Source of the DNA: Treponema sp.
Lineage (GTDB): Bacteria; Spirochaetota; Spirochaetia; Treponematales; Treponemataceae
Direction of reading: 5' to 3'
Length of the DNA: 64,000 nt
Assembly (NCBI GenBank): GCA_017484285.1
Contig: JAFUTH010000011.1
Location: 3,127-67,126 of the forward strand
This document shows positions 8,661 through 18,140 of this stretch, piece after piece. Below the pieces are notes generated by a model. It did no database searches, was not told where the DNA came from, and worked only from the letters and a program-made list of their open reading frames with translations. Numbering within the stretch: position 1 is the stretch's first letter; each line of letters begins with the position of its first letter. The translations under genes were made by a program, and so were the position numbers.

Positions 8661-11516
8661 TTATTTTGATTTCATTGTGTACACGCCATCCCACGGAGAC
8701 GGAACGCCATTTTTGATGAAATCGACACAGCGCGCCATAAAGACCTTTGCGCTCTCATCGTCCGGGTACAGTTCGTCCGCCTGCTTGTACAATTCGTAGG
8801 CTTTCTTGAGTTCCTCGGGATTCTTCGGTTCTTGCGGCGTGTCGATGCCTTTGAGATACCAGCGCATTCCCTCATTGAAGAGCTCCGTTGCCTTGATTCG
8901 CTTTTCGCTCAGCTCAGCGCGCAGACCGATGATTGAATAAATCCCGACCGGCTTTTTGACGTTGATGACACGCACGTAGTCGAGTTTTCGCGCGACGATT
9001 TTCCCACGGTTCTCGCCGAGATTCGCATTGTGCCACGTGGACTCAGAGCACATAATCCATGAGCCATACGCTTTGTTTGTTCCTTCGAGACGGCTCGCAA
9101 GGTTTACGTTGTTGCCCATAATCGTGTAGTTCAATTTTTTCTCCGTTCCCATGTTTCCGACGACCATGTTTCCCGAATTCAAGCCGACGCGCGAGTGCAA
9201 GAAGAACGGCTCGCCCGTCTGCGGGATAATCGGCAGCTCGTGCTTGTGCTCTTCGTTGAAGCGTTTTTCTGCCTGCAACATGCGGATTCCGGCGACGCAC
9301 GCGTCGAACGCATTGTTCTCGTCGTGCACTGGCGCACCGAAGAACGAGACGATTTCGTCACCGACGTATTTGTCGATGGTGCCCTTGTTGTCCATGATGG
9401 CGTCGCTCAGCACGCCGAGATAGTCGTTCAAAATGGCGACGAGCCGTTGTGCGCCCTTGTCCTCACCCTCTTCGTTGTTGATAACTTCGGTGAACGCCGA
9501 GAACGATTTGACATCGGAGAACAGCGCGGTGAGATTGTCGCTTTTGCCGCCCAATCGCGCGATTTCTGGATTTTTGACAATCTGCTCAACAACCGCAGGC
9601 GCGACATAGGCACCGAACGTTGTCTGCAAGAATTTTTTGTCTTTTTCGCTCGTAGCGAATCGGTAAATCGTCATGGCGAGATACGAACTGAACGCAATCA
9701 AAAACGGCGTGAGTGCGGGGACGTATCGGCTGAACAGCGTCATCGCAAGCGCGGGGAACACGAGCGATATGAGAACGAGCGTCACACCGGTCGTGTTCTG
9801 AACGAACGCCTTTTTTTCGGCGGGAAGCACGATGAGCACGAGCGCAAGCACACCAATAATGAGCACACCCCACCCCCAGCGCACCGGATAGATAAAATCC
9901 TCGTTCATAATCGTGTTGTACACGTTCGCGTGCGTTCCCACATTCATGTACGCGCGCTCAAACGGCGTCGTACCCAGATCGGTTGTGGAGCTCGCCGTGT
10001 GCCCAAGAATGCAGAATGAATTCGCGTACACCGCTTTTTTTTCGGCGAACATCGAATTGTAGAGCGCGACTTCGTTCTCAAGCGTGTCAAACAGTTCCGA
10101 AAGGTCGTTCTGAATCGACTGGTATTCCTCGGGAGAGATGTGTTCCGAAATGGCAAACATGCGCTCGGCGATTTCGTCCATCGTCTTGTCCGCACAAAAT
10201 TCAGTCACGCCTTCAAAGAATGCCTTTCGGAACGAAAAATACTGCACGTAGTCCGAATATTCAACGCCACCACCGATTGCGTTTCCGTCGATGTCATACC
10301 CCTCGCACTTTGAGAGCAGAAAGTCCTTAAAATCCGCAATGTCATTGTAATCCGCGACCAGCGTGCGTATCGCGGCGGCGCTTTCCATCGGCGAGAGACC
10401 GGGAAGCTGCACCGCGTCGAGCGAAGCCAAGAATCGGGAGAGCGAATTAAGCTCAATCACGATATTTTTCTCAAGCTCATCAAGCTGCGCAAGGAAGTAT
10501 ACGCTCTCATGACGGAATGAATCGATGAACAGCGTATGCAGCCAGTTGATAATCATCTTTCCGTCGCTGTCCAGCGGAATCGAAATGCTCTTACCTCCGG
10601 CTCCCTGGCAGTTAGAAAGCTCCAAACGGCGCGCTTCCCGTGTAATGCGCTCCGGATTCAAGATGCGCACAATCGGCGCAAAGGCAAGCTGACCGGCAAA
10701 CACGCCGTCCTTGTCGTTCAAAAGCTCGATTCGGCGGCGCGTTCCGTCCATATCGATGATGACGTTCGTAAATCCCGCTCCGGCGGCATGGCTTAAAAAC
10801 TGATGCCGTGCGGGCGAGAATCCAATCAGGTATTTTTTGAGAAAGGCGGGATTCTCCCAATCAGGCTTTTCGGTGGTGAAGTTGTCGAGAAAAGATGTTT
10901 TTACGCTGTCGAGACGGCTCTTTCTGAAATTCTTGAGCGTCAGGCTGTCCTTGTCGTCGACATCATATAGAAAGCGTTTTTTTGCATATTCGATTTCGTC
11001 GTCAGAGTAGTCGATGTCAATGTCGAGCGTGTTAATCGTAAGCCATGTGTTTCCGAAGAACTGAATCGCGCGCGCAAAATAATCGTCGTTGTCGCGCACG
11101 AATTTTTCGAAATCAGGGCGCGTACCGTCAAAATTGGAAGCCGCTTCAATAATGGCATCCTCATCGACTGCGAGATTTGAGGGCGAAAGGTACTCAATAT
11201 CGAATACCGCCGTCGATGCGCCGAATTCTTTCATGCGGAGCAAGGCGTTCGCAAAAATGTCGCGCGTCCACGGCCAGGGTCCCATCGCCTGCAAAGAGGC
11301 ATTGTCCGCCTCGACGAGGAGCACTTCTTTTCGGACAGCAGGATTATTCGTAAAGCTCAGCACCAAATCGTACAGGCGGTAGTCAAATTTCTGCAACGCG
11401 CCAATCGCGCACAGGAGCGACCAGAAGACGAGAGAGCTCACCACGATGATAAGACCTGCGGTTTTCCGTGACAGATTTTTTTTACCCTCTTTGGGTTGTT
11501 TTGCATCTTTTCTCAT
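8661..11516 (-). CDS. CHASE2-domain class III adenylate cyclase with C-terminal TPR-like helices
   Basis: CHASE2 motifs (DYRLYD, VEADNASLQAMGPWPWTR, FDIEY, DMDGTRRR) and 3 TM helices. Cyclase motifs FSDVKSFS, IDKYVGDEI (Lys) and YTIMGNNVNLASRLE (Thr, Asn, Arg) fit an ATP-specific, catalytically intact enzyme. Confidence 0.92.
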   Translation of the reverse strand: MRKDAKQPKEGKKNLSRKTAGLIIVVSSLVFWSLLCAIGALQKFDYRLYDLVLSFTNNPAVRKEVLLVEADNASLQAMGPWPWTRDIFANALLRMKEFGASTAVFDIEYLSPSNLAVDEDAIIEAASNFDGTRPDFEKFVRDNDDYFARAIQFFGNTWLTINTLDIDIDYSDDEIEYAKKRFLYDVDDKDSLTLKNFRKSRLDSVKTSFLDNFTTEKPDWENPAFLKKYLIGFSPARHQFLSHAAGAGFTNVIIDMDGTRRRIELLNDKDGVFAGQLAFAPIVRILNPERITREARRLELSNCQGAGGKSISIPLDSDGKMIINWLHTLFIDSFRHESVYFLAQLDELEKNIVIELNSLSRFLASLDAVQLPGLSPMESAAAIRTLVADYNDIADFKDFLLSKCEGYDIDGNAIGGGVEYSDYVQYFSFRKAFFEGVTEFCADKTMDEIAERMFAISEHISPEEYQSIQNDLSELFDTLENEVALYNSMFAEKKAVYANSFCILGHTASSTTDLGTTPFERAYMNVGTHANVYNTIMNEDFIYPVRWGWGVLIIGVLALVLIVLPAEKKAFVQNTTGVTLVLISLVFPALAMTLFSRYVPALTPFLIAFSSYLAMTIYRFATSEKDKKFLQTTFGAYVAPAVVEQIVKNPEIARLGGKSDNLTALFSDVKSFSAFTEVINNEEGEDKGAQRLVAILNDYLGVLSDAIMDNKGTIDKYVGDEIVSFFGAPVHDENNAFDACVAGIRMLQAEKRFNEEHKHELPIIPQTGEPFFLHSRVGLNSGNMVVGNMGTEKKLNYTIMGNNVNLASRLEGTNKAYGSWIMCSESTWHNANLGENRGKIVARKLDYVRVINVKKPVGIYSIIGLRAELSEKRIKATELFNEGMRWYLKGIDTPQEPKNPEELKKAYELYKQADELYPDDESAKVFMARCVDFIKNGVPSPWDGVYTMKSK

Positions 11517-11611
11517 GACAAATAGTATAACACAGGATATAATAGAACTGTAGATTTTCTTGAGTAATTCTTAAAATTCCAAGAAATGAGTTCAAAAACA
11601 GGAGTTCACCC

Positions 11612-12061
11612 ATGAAAAAAATCCTTGTTTGTATTCTCGCCGGACTCTTTTCATCGGTTACGGCATTTTCTCAAAGTTCCGAGCAATTCGCTTCAATTCT
11701 CAAATCAGAGAACGTCACGTACGCACAGCTGGCATATCTGCCTGCCGTGCAAGCACAGCTCATCTCCGAAGATGACTCTCCCGAAAAGGCATTTGAAGCG
11801 CTCTCTCAAAACGGTTATTTTTCTTCAACTGCTTCTGCAAATGATGAAGCCAGGCTCGACGAAGCGTGTCTTCTCTATGCAAAACTCTTGAATCTCAAGG
11901 GCGGCTTGTTCTACTCGCTGTTCCACTCAAAACGCTACGCCTTCAAAGAACTAAAAGCAAAAAACATTCTTCCCCGCGAGAGCGATCCCGCAATGAAGAT
12001 TTCAGGAAGAGATTCAATCGACCTCTTCTCATCATGCCTTACGCTCTCAGGAGATGAATAA
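11612..12061 (+). CDS. Exported hypothetical protein (possibly SLH-like)
   Basis: Signal peptide (...VTAFS|Q), SD AGGAG, conserved-looking KGGLFYSLFHSKRYAFKEL...DP...ISG tail. SLH-like call is tentative. Confidence 0.6.
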   Translation: MKKILVCILAGLFSSVTAFSQSSEQFASILKSENVTYAQLAYLPAVQAQLISEDDSPEKAFEALSQNGYFSSTASANDEARLDEACLLYAKLLNLKGGLFYSLFHSKRYAFKELKAKNILPRESDPAMKISGRDSIDLFSSCLTLSGDE

Positions 12062-13232
12062 CATGAAAATCACCGCAAAAACACTTTTTTCAGGCTTTGC
12101 CGCACTGCTTTTTTCCGCCTCAGCATTTGCGCTCGAAACAGGCGGAGTGCTCTCAAACGACGCCAAATTCTCTGGCAACAAAACGAGTGACTTGGATTTC
12201 GATAACGTCGTCAATGCATCGGCATGGCTCAGAACGGCTCTCAGCGACGACGGCTCAAGCTATTTCATCATGGAAGGCTCGTTCAAAAACGAATACGATG
12301 ACAGCGTTGCGGATTCAGACGAAAAAATGTCGAATACGCTCGACGTCACCTTGTTCAAGCTCGCGCTTCATCGGGAACTTGCTTCCGGAGACGTCACGTT
12401 CGTCACGGGGCGATTCTTCAACAGCGACGCGAGCGGGCTTGTCTTCTCTCAGAACGCCGACGGTCTCAAAATCGACTACGATGCATATTCATTCAAAATC
12501 GCGCTTTTCGGCGCATACACGGGCTTGCTCAACGCAAAGAACACCACGATTCTTGACTACGACCAGCCGGAGCTCGACAACGACAAACTGTACGTCGTGG
12601 CAAACAAATACGCGGTCGCGGGGCTCACGTTCGTGCTGCCACACATCGTCGCGAATCAAACAGTCGCGCTCGAAGGCTTCGGCACATTCAGCCTCGAAGA
12701 CACAAAATACAACCGCTTATACGGCACGCTCTCACTCTCAGGTCCGCTTGTCTCACCGCTCTTCTACGATTTGTCGTCAACGCTCGGCTTCTCAAGCTAT
12801 GACGGCGCGGATTTCAAGGTAGCAAATCTCACCAAAGGCTCGCTTTCTCTCTACCCTGACTTCAAATCGATGTCGGTTTCACTTAACGCGGTGTATGCCT
12901 CTGGCTCACAAGGTCCATTCGAGAAGTTTCAGGGCTTTACGAGCATGACGGCAGTCAACTCACTCGATGAGCCAGAATACTCGGGTATCGTCACCACGGG
13001 GCTTTCGGCAACCATCAAGCCACTCGAGCAACTGCTGCTCCGTGCGTCAGGTGACATCGTGTTTGACGCCACCGAAGAAATCGAACAGGCTGGTTTCCAA
13101 TATGCCGTGGGCTTTGACTGGCAGATTGTCAGCGATGTCGCGCTCGGCGCAAGTTTTGGTCAGTACATCGGGAAAGACAATTCAGATGCTGACAAAACGG
13201 TCTTAAAATGTAACATTCGAATCGCATTCTAA
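12054..13232 (+). CDS. Predicted outer-membrane beta-barrel protein
   Basis: Signal peptide (SASAFA|L), many amphipathic beta-strands with alternating aromatic/hydrophobic residues, C-terminal Phe (VLKCNIRIAF). Confidence 0.72.
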   Translation: MNNMKITAKTLFSGFAALLFSASAFALETGGVLSNDAKFSGNKTSDLDFDNVVNASAWLRTALSDDGSSYFIMEGSFKNEYDDSVADSDEKMSNTLDVTLFKLALHRELASGDVTFVTGRFFNSDASGLVFSQNADGLKIDYDAYSFKIALFGAYTGLLNAKNTTILDYDQPELDNDKLYVVANKYAVAGLTFVLPHIVANQTVALEGFGTFSLEDTKYNRLYGTLSLSGPLVSPLFYDLSSTLGFSSYDGADFKVANLTKGSLSLYPDFKSMSVSLNAVYASGSQGPFEKFQGFTSMTAVNSLDEPEYSGIVTTGLSATIKPLEQLLLRASGDIVFDATEEIEQAGFQYAVGFDWQIVSDVALGASFGQYIGKDNSDADKTVLKCNIRIAF

Positions 13233-13247
13233 AAAAGGAGGCACTCT

Positions 13248-14075
13248 ATGAAAAAATTACTTCTTTCGGTTCTTTTCGCGGCAACCGCATTCACCGCATT
13301 CTCTATGGATGCCGTCGTTGTCTCAGCAAAAGGAAAAGCCGAGGTTCAGAACGGAGAGTCGTGGGTCGCGCTCAAAAACGGCGACACCTTAAATCAGGGT
13401 TCGGTCATTCAGACGGGCTTCAAATCAGAAGTCGTCCTCAAAATCAAAGAATCAACGGTCACCGTTGCGCCGCTCTCTCGCCTCACCTTACAGCAGCTTG
13501 CCGAGCGTGAAGGAGTCGCAGGCGCACCAGGCAAAGATGACACCACTATCTTCCTCGACACTGGCTCTCTCAAGTCAAATGTCCAAAAATCACAAGACCG
13601 CCGCGTCGGGTTCACCGTTCGGTCTCCCGTAGCAACCGCTTCTGTCCGCGGTACTGAATATCAGGTCACCACAAAGTTCCGTTCCGTCGCCGTCCAAACG
13701 ATGCAGGGAAAAGTCGCCACATGGAAGAACACGGCAAAGAGCGAACAGGCATTTGCCGTTCTGAACGACGGTCCAGTCGAAGAAGCGAGCGAGGGCAACG
13801 AGGCGCAGGACATCTCAGAATACGCGCCTCCGGGCTCATTCACTGTCTCACGGGGCGAGCAGGCGTCATTCACGTCGGCTGGTCAGACTTCGACACCGGC
13901 GCAGAACGCACGCGCAACGGCTGAGTCATTGGGCGAAGGCACGAACACGGCATCCGCAGGCGAAGCAGCCGCAACATCTTCGCTTCCCACGCCAGTGGCA
14001 CCACCCCCCGCAACAGCAACCGCGGCATCAAAGCCAAAGGCAAATCTCATTATTCAAGTTGAATTTGCTGACTAG
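13248..14075 (+). CDS. Soluble periplasmic FecR-domain protein
   Basis: Cleavable signal peptide, FecR pattern (GDTLNQGSVIQTG...LDTGSL...FTVRSPVATASVRGTEY), Ala/Pro/Thr-rich tail. SD AGGAGG. Confidence 0.85.
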   Translation: MKKLLLSVLFAATAFTAFSMDAVVVSAKGKAEVQNGESWVALKNGDTLNQGSVIQTGFKSEVVLKIKESTVTVAPLSRLTLQQLAEREGVAGAPGKDDTTIFLDTGSLKSNVQKSQDRRVGFTVRSPVATASVRGTEYQVTTKFRSVAVQTMQGKVATWKNTAKSEQAFAVLNDGPVEEASEGNEAQDISEYAPPGSFTVSRGEQASFTSAGQTSTPAQNARATAESLGEGTNTASAGEAAATSSLPTPVAPPPATATAASKPKANLIIQVEFAD

Positions 14076-14086
14076 GACACCATCGT

Positions 14087-14869
14087 ATGTACACAACACT
14101 GAAATACTCATGTGTTCTTGCAGCAGCACTGTGCGCGCTTGCGTTCGGCGGTTGCAAGAACGATAAAAAAGTAGTGGCTTCTAATTCACTTTCTTCCACT
14201 TCGACGAACGAACAAGTGCCCGCGAAACTCAAAAAAATCACGCCGGAAACCCGCGCGTACCTCGAGGGCAAGCAGATTGTCATCGTGCTCGGCTACGGCT
14301 ACAACGACGACGCACATATTGCGAGCATTACGCAGTCGCTCAACGACAATTTCGGTGTCGAAACCGAAGACAACGCGGGCTTGATTTCAGTGTTCGTCTA
14401 CCCCGCTGACTTTATGGTCGCCGGAAAAGAACGCATTTCCTCGCTCGCCGACCGCCTCGAAGACAAAACGCTCGCGGGCATGATTATTCTCGGCGCGCCC
14501 GAGGGATTGCACATTGCGCTCTCAAAGATGCAGGACAAAACGGAGTCCGGCGCGCTCGACTTCCCCGTGTTCACGCTCTTCTCGCAGGACGACGTGCTCG
14601 GCTCTGAGTCAACGTCCGACTTTGTGCTCGACTACGCACACAAAACGAACACGATTGACGGCGAAGTCACTGACTTTATCCCCGATTTTGACGCCGTTGA
14701 AATGCTCACAAACGCTGTCTCAGAAATGATTGAGCTTCGCGAGCCGCTCAAGGCAGACAGCTCGCTCATCACGTTCGTGGAGCAGCTTTTTACCAAAAAG
14801 CGCACGGTCGTTCATTACGTTGACGGCGAAACGGGCTTGCAGTCCATAAATCACTTCATTTTCGAGTAA
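14087..14869 (+). CDS. Hypothetical lipoprotein
   Basis: Lipobox LAFGGC, Ser/Thr linker, alpha/beta domain of unknown function. Confidence 0.7.
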   Translation: MYTTLKYSCVLAAALCALAFGGCKNDKKVVASNSLSSTSTNEQVPAKLKKITPETRAYLEGKQIVIVLGYGYNDDAHIASITQSLNDNFGVETEDNAGLISVFVYPADFMVAGKERISSLADRLEDKTLAGMIILGAPEGLHIALSKMQDKTESGALDFPVFTLFSQDDVLGSESTSDFVLDYAHKTNTIDGEVTDFIPDFDAVEMLTNAVSEMIELREPLKADSSLITFVEQLFTKKRTVVHYVDGETGLQSINHFIFE

Positions 14870-14886
14870 CGCCGAGCTGATAGCTA

Positions 14887-15603
14887 ATGATAGAAATCGT
14901 TCAACAGAAAAATCTTGCAATCGGCTCTCAAGAAGCAATCGACGCGCTCGCAGAAATTGAATTCGCGAAAGTTCTTTTGCTCTCTGACTCTCACGGAAAC
15001 GCGCGCATCATGCAGAAAATAATCGAAGCGTTCGGTCATGAGTGCAATGCCATGTGCTTTTGCGGAGACGGATTGCTCGATTTAGTTGAAACGCTCGAAA
15101 TGGGCTTTTTCGACAGGAGTTTCGGTGAAAAGATTCCGTCCGTTGTCTATTTTGTGCGCGGAAACGGCGACAACTCCACCACAACGATTTTTACCGACAA
15201 GCGCGTTCCGATTTTTGTTCCCGAATTCCAAGAAGTCACCATCGCGGGCAAAAAAATCTTTCTTACGCACGGACACCGCTACAACGTGTACTACGGCAAC
15301 AAAGATTTGCGAAACGAAGCCATCCGCCGAGGCATGGACATTGCCTGGTACGGGCACACGCACGTGCCCAATTCGCTCAGAAGCCACGTAACGCGCGACG
15401 GGCGCAATGATTTTTTGGGAATCTCAAATCCGGGAAGCTGCTCGCAAGCACGCGGCGGAATGCCGAACACGTTTTCAATCATGGACGTGCACCGCAATGA
15501 AGATAAAAACGTCTGCCACTATTACCGAATCACGCACGACCGCTACGAAGAGCCGGTTTTTACCGAAATGCCAACTCCGCGCGGCGAAATAAAGCTGTTT
15601 TAA
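14887..15603 (+). CDS. Metallophosphoesterase (YfcE/MJ0936-like)
   Basis: All five calcineurin-like motifs present: SDSHG, GDG, RGNGD, THGH, GHTH. Confidence 0.9.
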   Translation: MIEIVQQKNLAIGSQEAIDALAEIEFAKVLLLSDSHGNARIMQKIIEAFGHECNAMCFCGDGLLDLVETLEMGFFDRSFGEKIPSVVYFVRGNGDNSTTTIFTDKRVPIFVPEFQEVTIAGKKIFLTHGHRYNVYYGNKDLRNEAIRRGMDIAWYGHTHVPNSLRSHVTRDGRNDFLGISNPGSCSQARGGMPNTFSIMDVHRNEDKNVCHYYRITHDRYEEPVFTEMPTPRGEIKLF

Positions 15604-15651
15604 GTTTCTGCACACACACCAAAGCGAAAAACGCACTGTATACGGCGGTTT

Positions 15652-16344
15652 TTAGAAATTCTCACCCAAGATAAAACTGCCGCCGTCGTGACCTGAATAC
15701 ACGCGCGTGTCTTCTTCGCAATACTCGTTGATTTTTAAAAGACTCTGGTGGATTTTGCGCTCGTTTCCGCCGACTAAATCCGTTCTGCCCCACGACCGAT
15801 AAAACATGGTGTCGCCCGAAATGAGCGTGCGTTCTGCATCATTGTACAAACAACACGAGCCTTCGGTGTGCCCCGGCGTGTGCAAGATTTCCCACTGAGA
15901 GAGCGAGGCGCGCACCTCTTCTGAAAAACTGACAGAAGCAAACACATCGGCGAGCGTTTTTTTGTCTTCGAGGAATGCCGTTGCCTGCGGAAGATTTGTG
16001 ACAAAGGGCAGAAATTCATCAAAGCCCATCTGAGCGAGCGCTTTTCCTTGCATGACTGCGGAATCGGCTCCGACATACGCGGCATCGTCTGGGTGAATCG
16101 CAATCGGAAGCGCGGGGAATGATTTTTTTAAGAAAGGAAGCCCTGAAACGTGATCAAAGTGCCCGTGCGTCAGAACGACCGCCACGGGAACGAGATTTTT
16201 TGAAGCAAGGTATGAGACGACAGAACCTTCATCGTGTGAGAACGTGCAATCCGCAGGGTCGATGACAATCACGTCCGTTTTTGAGACAGGAACGAGATAT
16301 GTGTTTACGCCAAGCGGACCAGTCCTCAGAAGATGAAGGTTCAT
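15652..16344 (-). CDS. MBL-fold metallo-hydrolase (glyoxalase II-like)
   Basis: THGHFDH, HTPGHTEGS, SGDTMF, YSGHD. Start set at MNLHLL (16344). Confidence 0.9.
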   Translation of the reverse strand: MNLHLLRTGPLGVNTYLVPVSKTDVIVIDPADCTFSHDEGSVVSYLASKNLVPVAVVLTHGHFDHVSGLPFLKKSFPALPIAIHPDDAAYVGADSAVMQGKALAQMGFDEFLPFVTNLPQATAFLEDKKTLADVFASVSFSEEVRASLSQWEILHTPGHTEGSCCLYNDAERTLISGDTMFYRSWGRTDLVGGNERKIHQSLLKINEYCEEDTRVYSGHDGGSFILGENF

Positions 16345-16354
16345 GGCTTTTGCC

Positions 16355-17203
16355 TTACTGAATGTCTTCTGATGAAGAAGAGCGCGGTGCGCGGGCTGCC
16401 AAAATTTCCTCATCGGTCATTTCTGCCTGTGCCTTTGCGAACGCCGCCTGCTGTGCCATTGTGTCGTTGTTGTTTGACGTGAAGCTGTCAACGATAGGAG
16501 CAGACTCGTTTGATACGTTCGGAACCGGCTCGTTGTTTTCGTACGTGTCGACAGATTCCTCTGGCTCACTCTCGTCAGCCTCACCCTCCGGGCGCTGCTT
16601 TGAATAGCTTACGCTCAATGCGCGACCGCGGTACACGTGACCGTTCAATGCGCTGATTGCTTTTTCGGCGTCTTCTTTGAAAAGCTGGACGAATGAGTAG
16701 TTTGCGAGCACGCGGATGTCACCGATGCGCTCTTTTTCGATGCCTGCGACGCTGATGAAAAGACCAACGAGGTCGCGCGGGAATACGCGGCGGTTTCGTC
16801 CGATGCTTACGAACACGACTTCAGCGTTCTCTGGATCAATCTGAACGCGTGTGAATCGCTCGCGTGGCTCACGTGCTTCTGTTGAAGCGCCTTCCTCGCT
16901 CTGATTTTCAGTTCGCTCGAAGCGGTTGAATCGCTCTTCGCGGTTTGCATGGAAATCATCGCGCTCGCCTCCAAATTTGTTGAATCGGAAAATTGCCCCG
17001 CCAGCGTTCTTCAAAAGATATGCGGCAACGTAAGAACGAAGAGTGAATGGAACATTTTTCTTGAAAACTTTTTTGAGAGCCTCAAGCTCATCAGGATTTG
17101 CCTTTACCTTTGCAACAACATCTTGAAGATATGCAGCTGCCTGATTAAGATCAATCTCTCTGTTCTGTCTGAAAGGTCGTCTGAAATTGCGTCTAAATGC
17201 CAT
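16355..17203 (-). CDS. Stand-alone DbpA RNA-binding-domain protein
   Basis: VFVSIGRNRRVFPRDLVG...IGDIRVLANYSFVQL matches the DbpA RBD. No helicase motifs; acidic disordered tail. Confidence 0.82.
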   Translation of the reverse strand: MAFRRNFRRPFRQNREIDLNQAAAYLQDVVAKVKANPDELEALKKVFKKNVPFTLRSYVAAYLLKNAGGAIFRFNKFGGERDDFHANREERFNRFERTENQSEEGASTEAREPRERFTRVQIDPENAEVVFVSIGRNRRVFPRDLVGLFISVAGIEKERIGDIRVLANYSFVQLFKEDAEKAISALNGHVYRGRALSVSYSKQRPEGEADESEPEESVDTYENNEPVPNVSNESAPIVDSFTSNNNDTMAQQAAFAKAQAEMTDEEILAARAPRSSSSEDIQ

Positions 17204-17215
17204 AAAAAAACTCCT

Positions 17216-18124
17216 TTACGCTAAAACTGCTGTGTAAACTGAACCTTTTTTTTCAAAACCACAACGGGTCAATAACGGTTCGATATAATCGGGTATCACA
17301 GCGTCAGCAATGATAAAGTCATGAATTCCGAGATTTTTTAAAGTGGAAATGCTCTGTGCAAACAATTCTCTGCAAATTCCTAAGCCTCGGTAATTCTGAT
17401 TCACAAAACAAGCGATGAAAGCCGCCGTTTTTTGTGAAAAGGACGGAAAGCGAGCATACAAAAGAACTCCGGCGACATCATCTGACAAAGTGCGTGAAAT
17501 AATTCCTCCGACTTGTGCAGAAGCTTCAAAATCGAACTTGCGACGCCATACATGGGCAATCGCTTCACCTGTTTCGCCCGGAAAGTTGCTTTTTATTTCG
17601 CTTGCGATGTTCTCCGCCTCATGAAGAATACAATCACTGTCCTTTTCGTGATTGTACGGTTGGAATTCAAAATCTTCCTGAACCAGATCGTCATAATCCT
17701 CAAAATCCTGACTCAGTGTTTCCAGACCCCAAGAATCGCGGAGCGCATTGTACCACTCGTACACAACCGAGCGCATTTTTTGCTTTTTGAACGCCAAAAA
17801 TCGCTTTTCGATGTGCGGGTACTGCTTTAACACAGTTTTGTAATTCTTGAACACCCCCCTGCCATTGGCAAGAACTTCGCGAAGCTCGCCCTGCACGCTC
17901 GGCACACGGACGCACGACGCAAATTCTTCACGTAAACTAAAGCCATCCGTAGATGACCACGGTGGCAATGGATAGACATTTTCTTCGTCGCCCAGTTCGG
18001 ATTCCGACAAATCATCGATATGAACGACAATCTTCCGCGCAGAATCAAACACAAACTCGGCGTTTTGGTCTTCCATGGCGAATATGATTTCAGCAATAAG
18101 AGATTCCGTTAATTCAAAAACCAT
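17216..18124 (-). CDS. UPF0158-family protein fused to GNAT acetyltransferase domain
   Basis: N-terminal UPF0158-like segment (LPPWSSTDGFSLREEF...GRGVFKNYK) and C-terminal acetyl-CoA motif (FVNQNYRGLGICREL...GF). Confidence 0.7.
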   Translation of the reverse strand: MVFELTESLIAEIIFAMEDQNAEFVFDSARKIVVHIDDLSESELGDEENVYPLPPWSSTDGFSLREEFASCVRVPSVQGELREVLANGRGVFKNYKTVLKQYPHIEKRFLAFKKQKMRSVVYEWYNALRDSWGLETLSQDFEDYDDLVQEDFEFQPYNHEKDSDCILHEAENIASEIKSNFPGETGEAIAHVWRRKFDFEASAQVGGIISRTLSDDVAGVLLYARFPSFSQKTAAFIACFVNQNYRGLGICRELFAQSISTLKNLGIHDFIIADAVIPDYIEPLLTRCGFEKKGSVYTAVLA

Positions 18125-18140
18125 ATTCCTACCAAAAAGA

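Noticed and set aside
11517-11611. CRP site in the cyclase divergent promoter
   Set aside because: No TGTGA-N6-TCACA match; only short repeats (GAGTTCA twice, TTCTTG/CAAGAA) of uncertain meaning.
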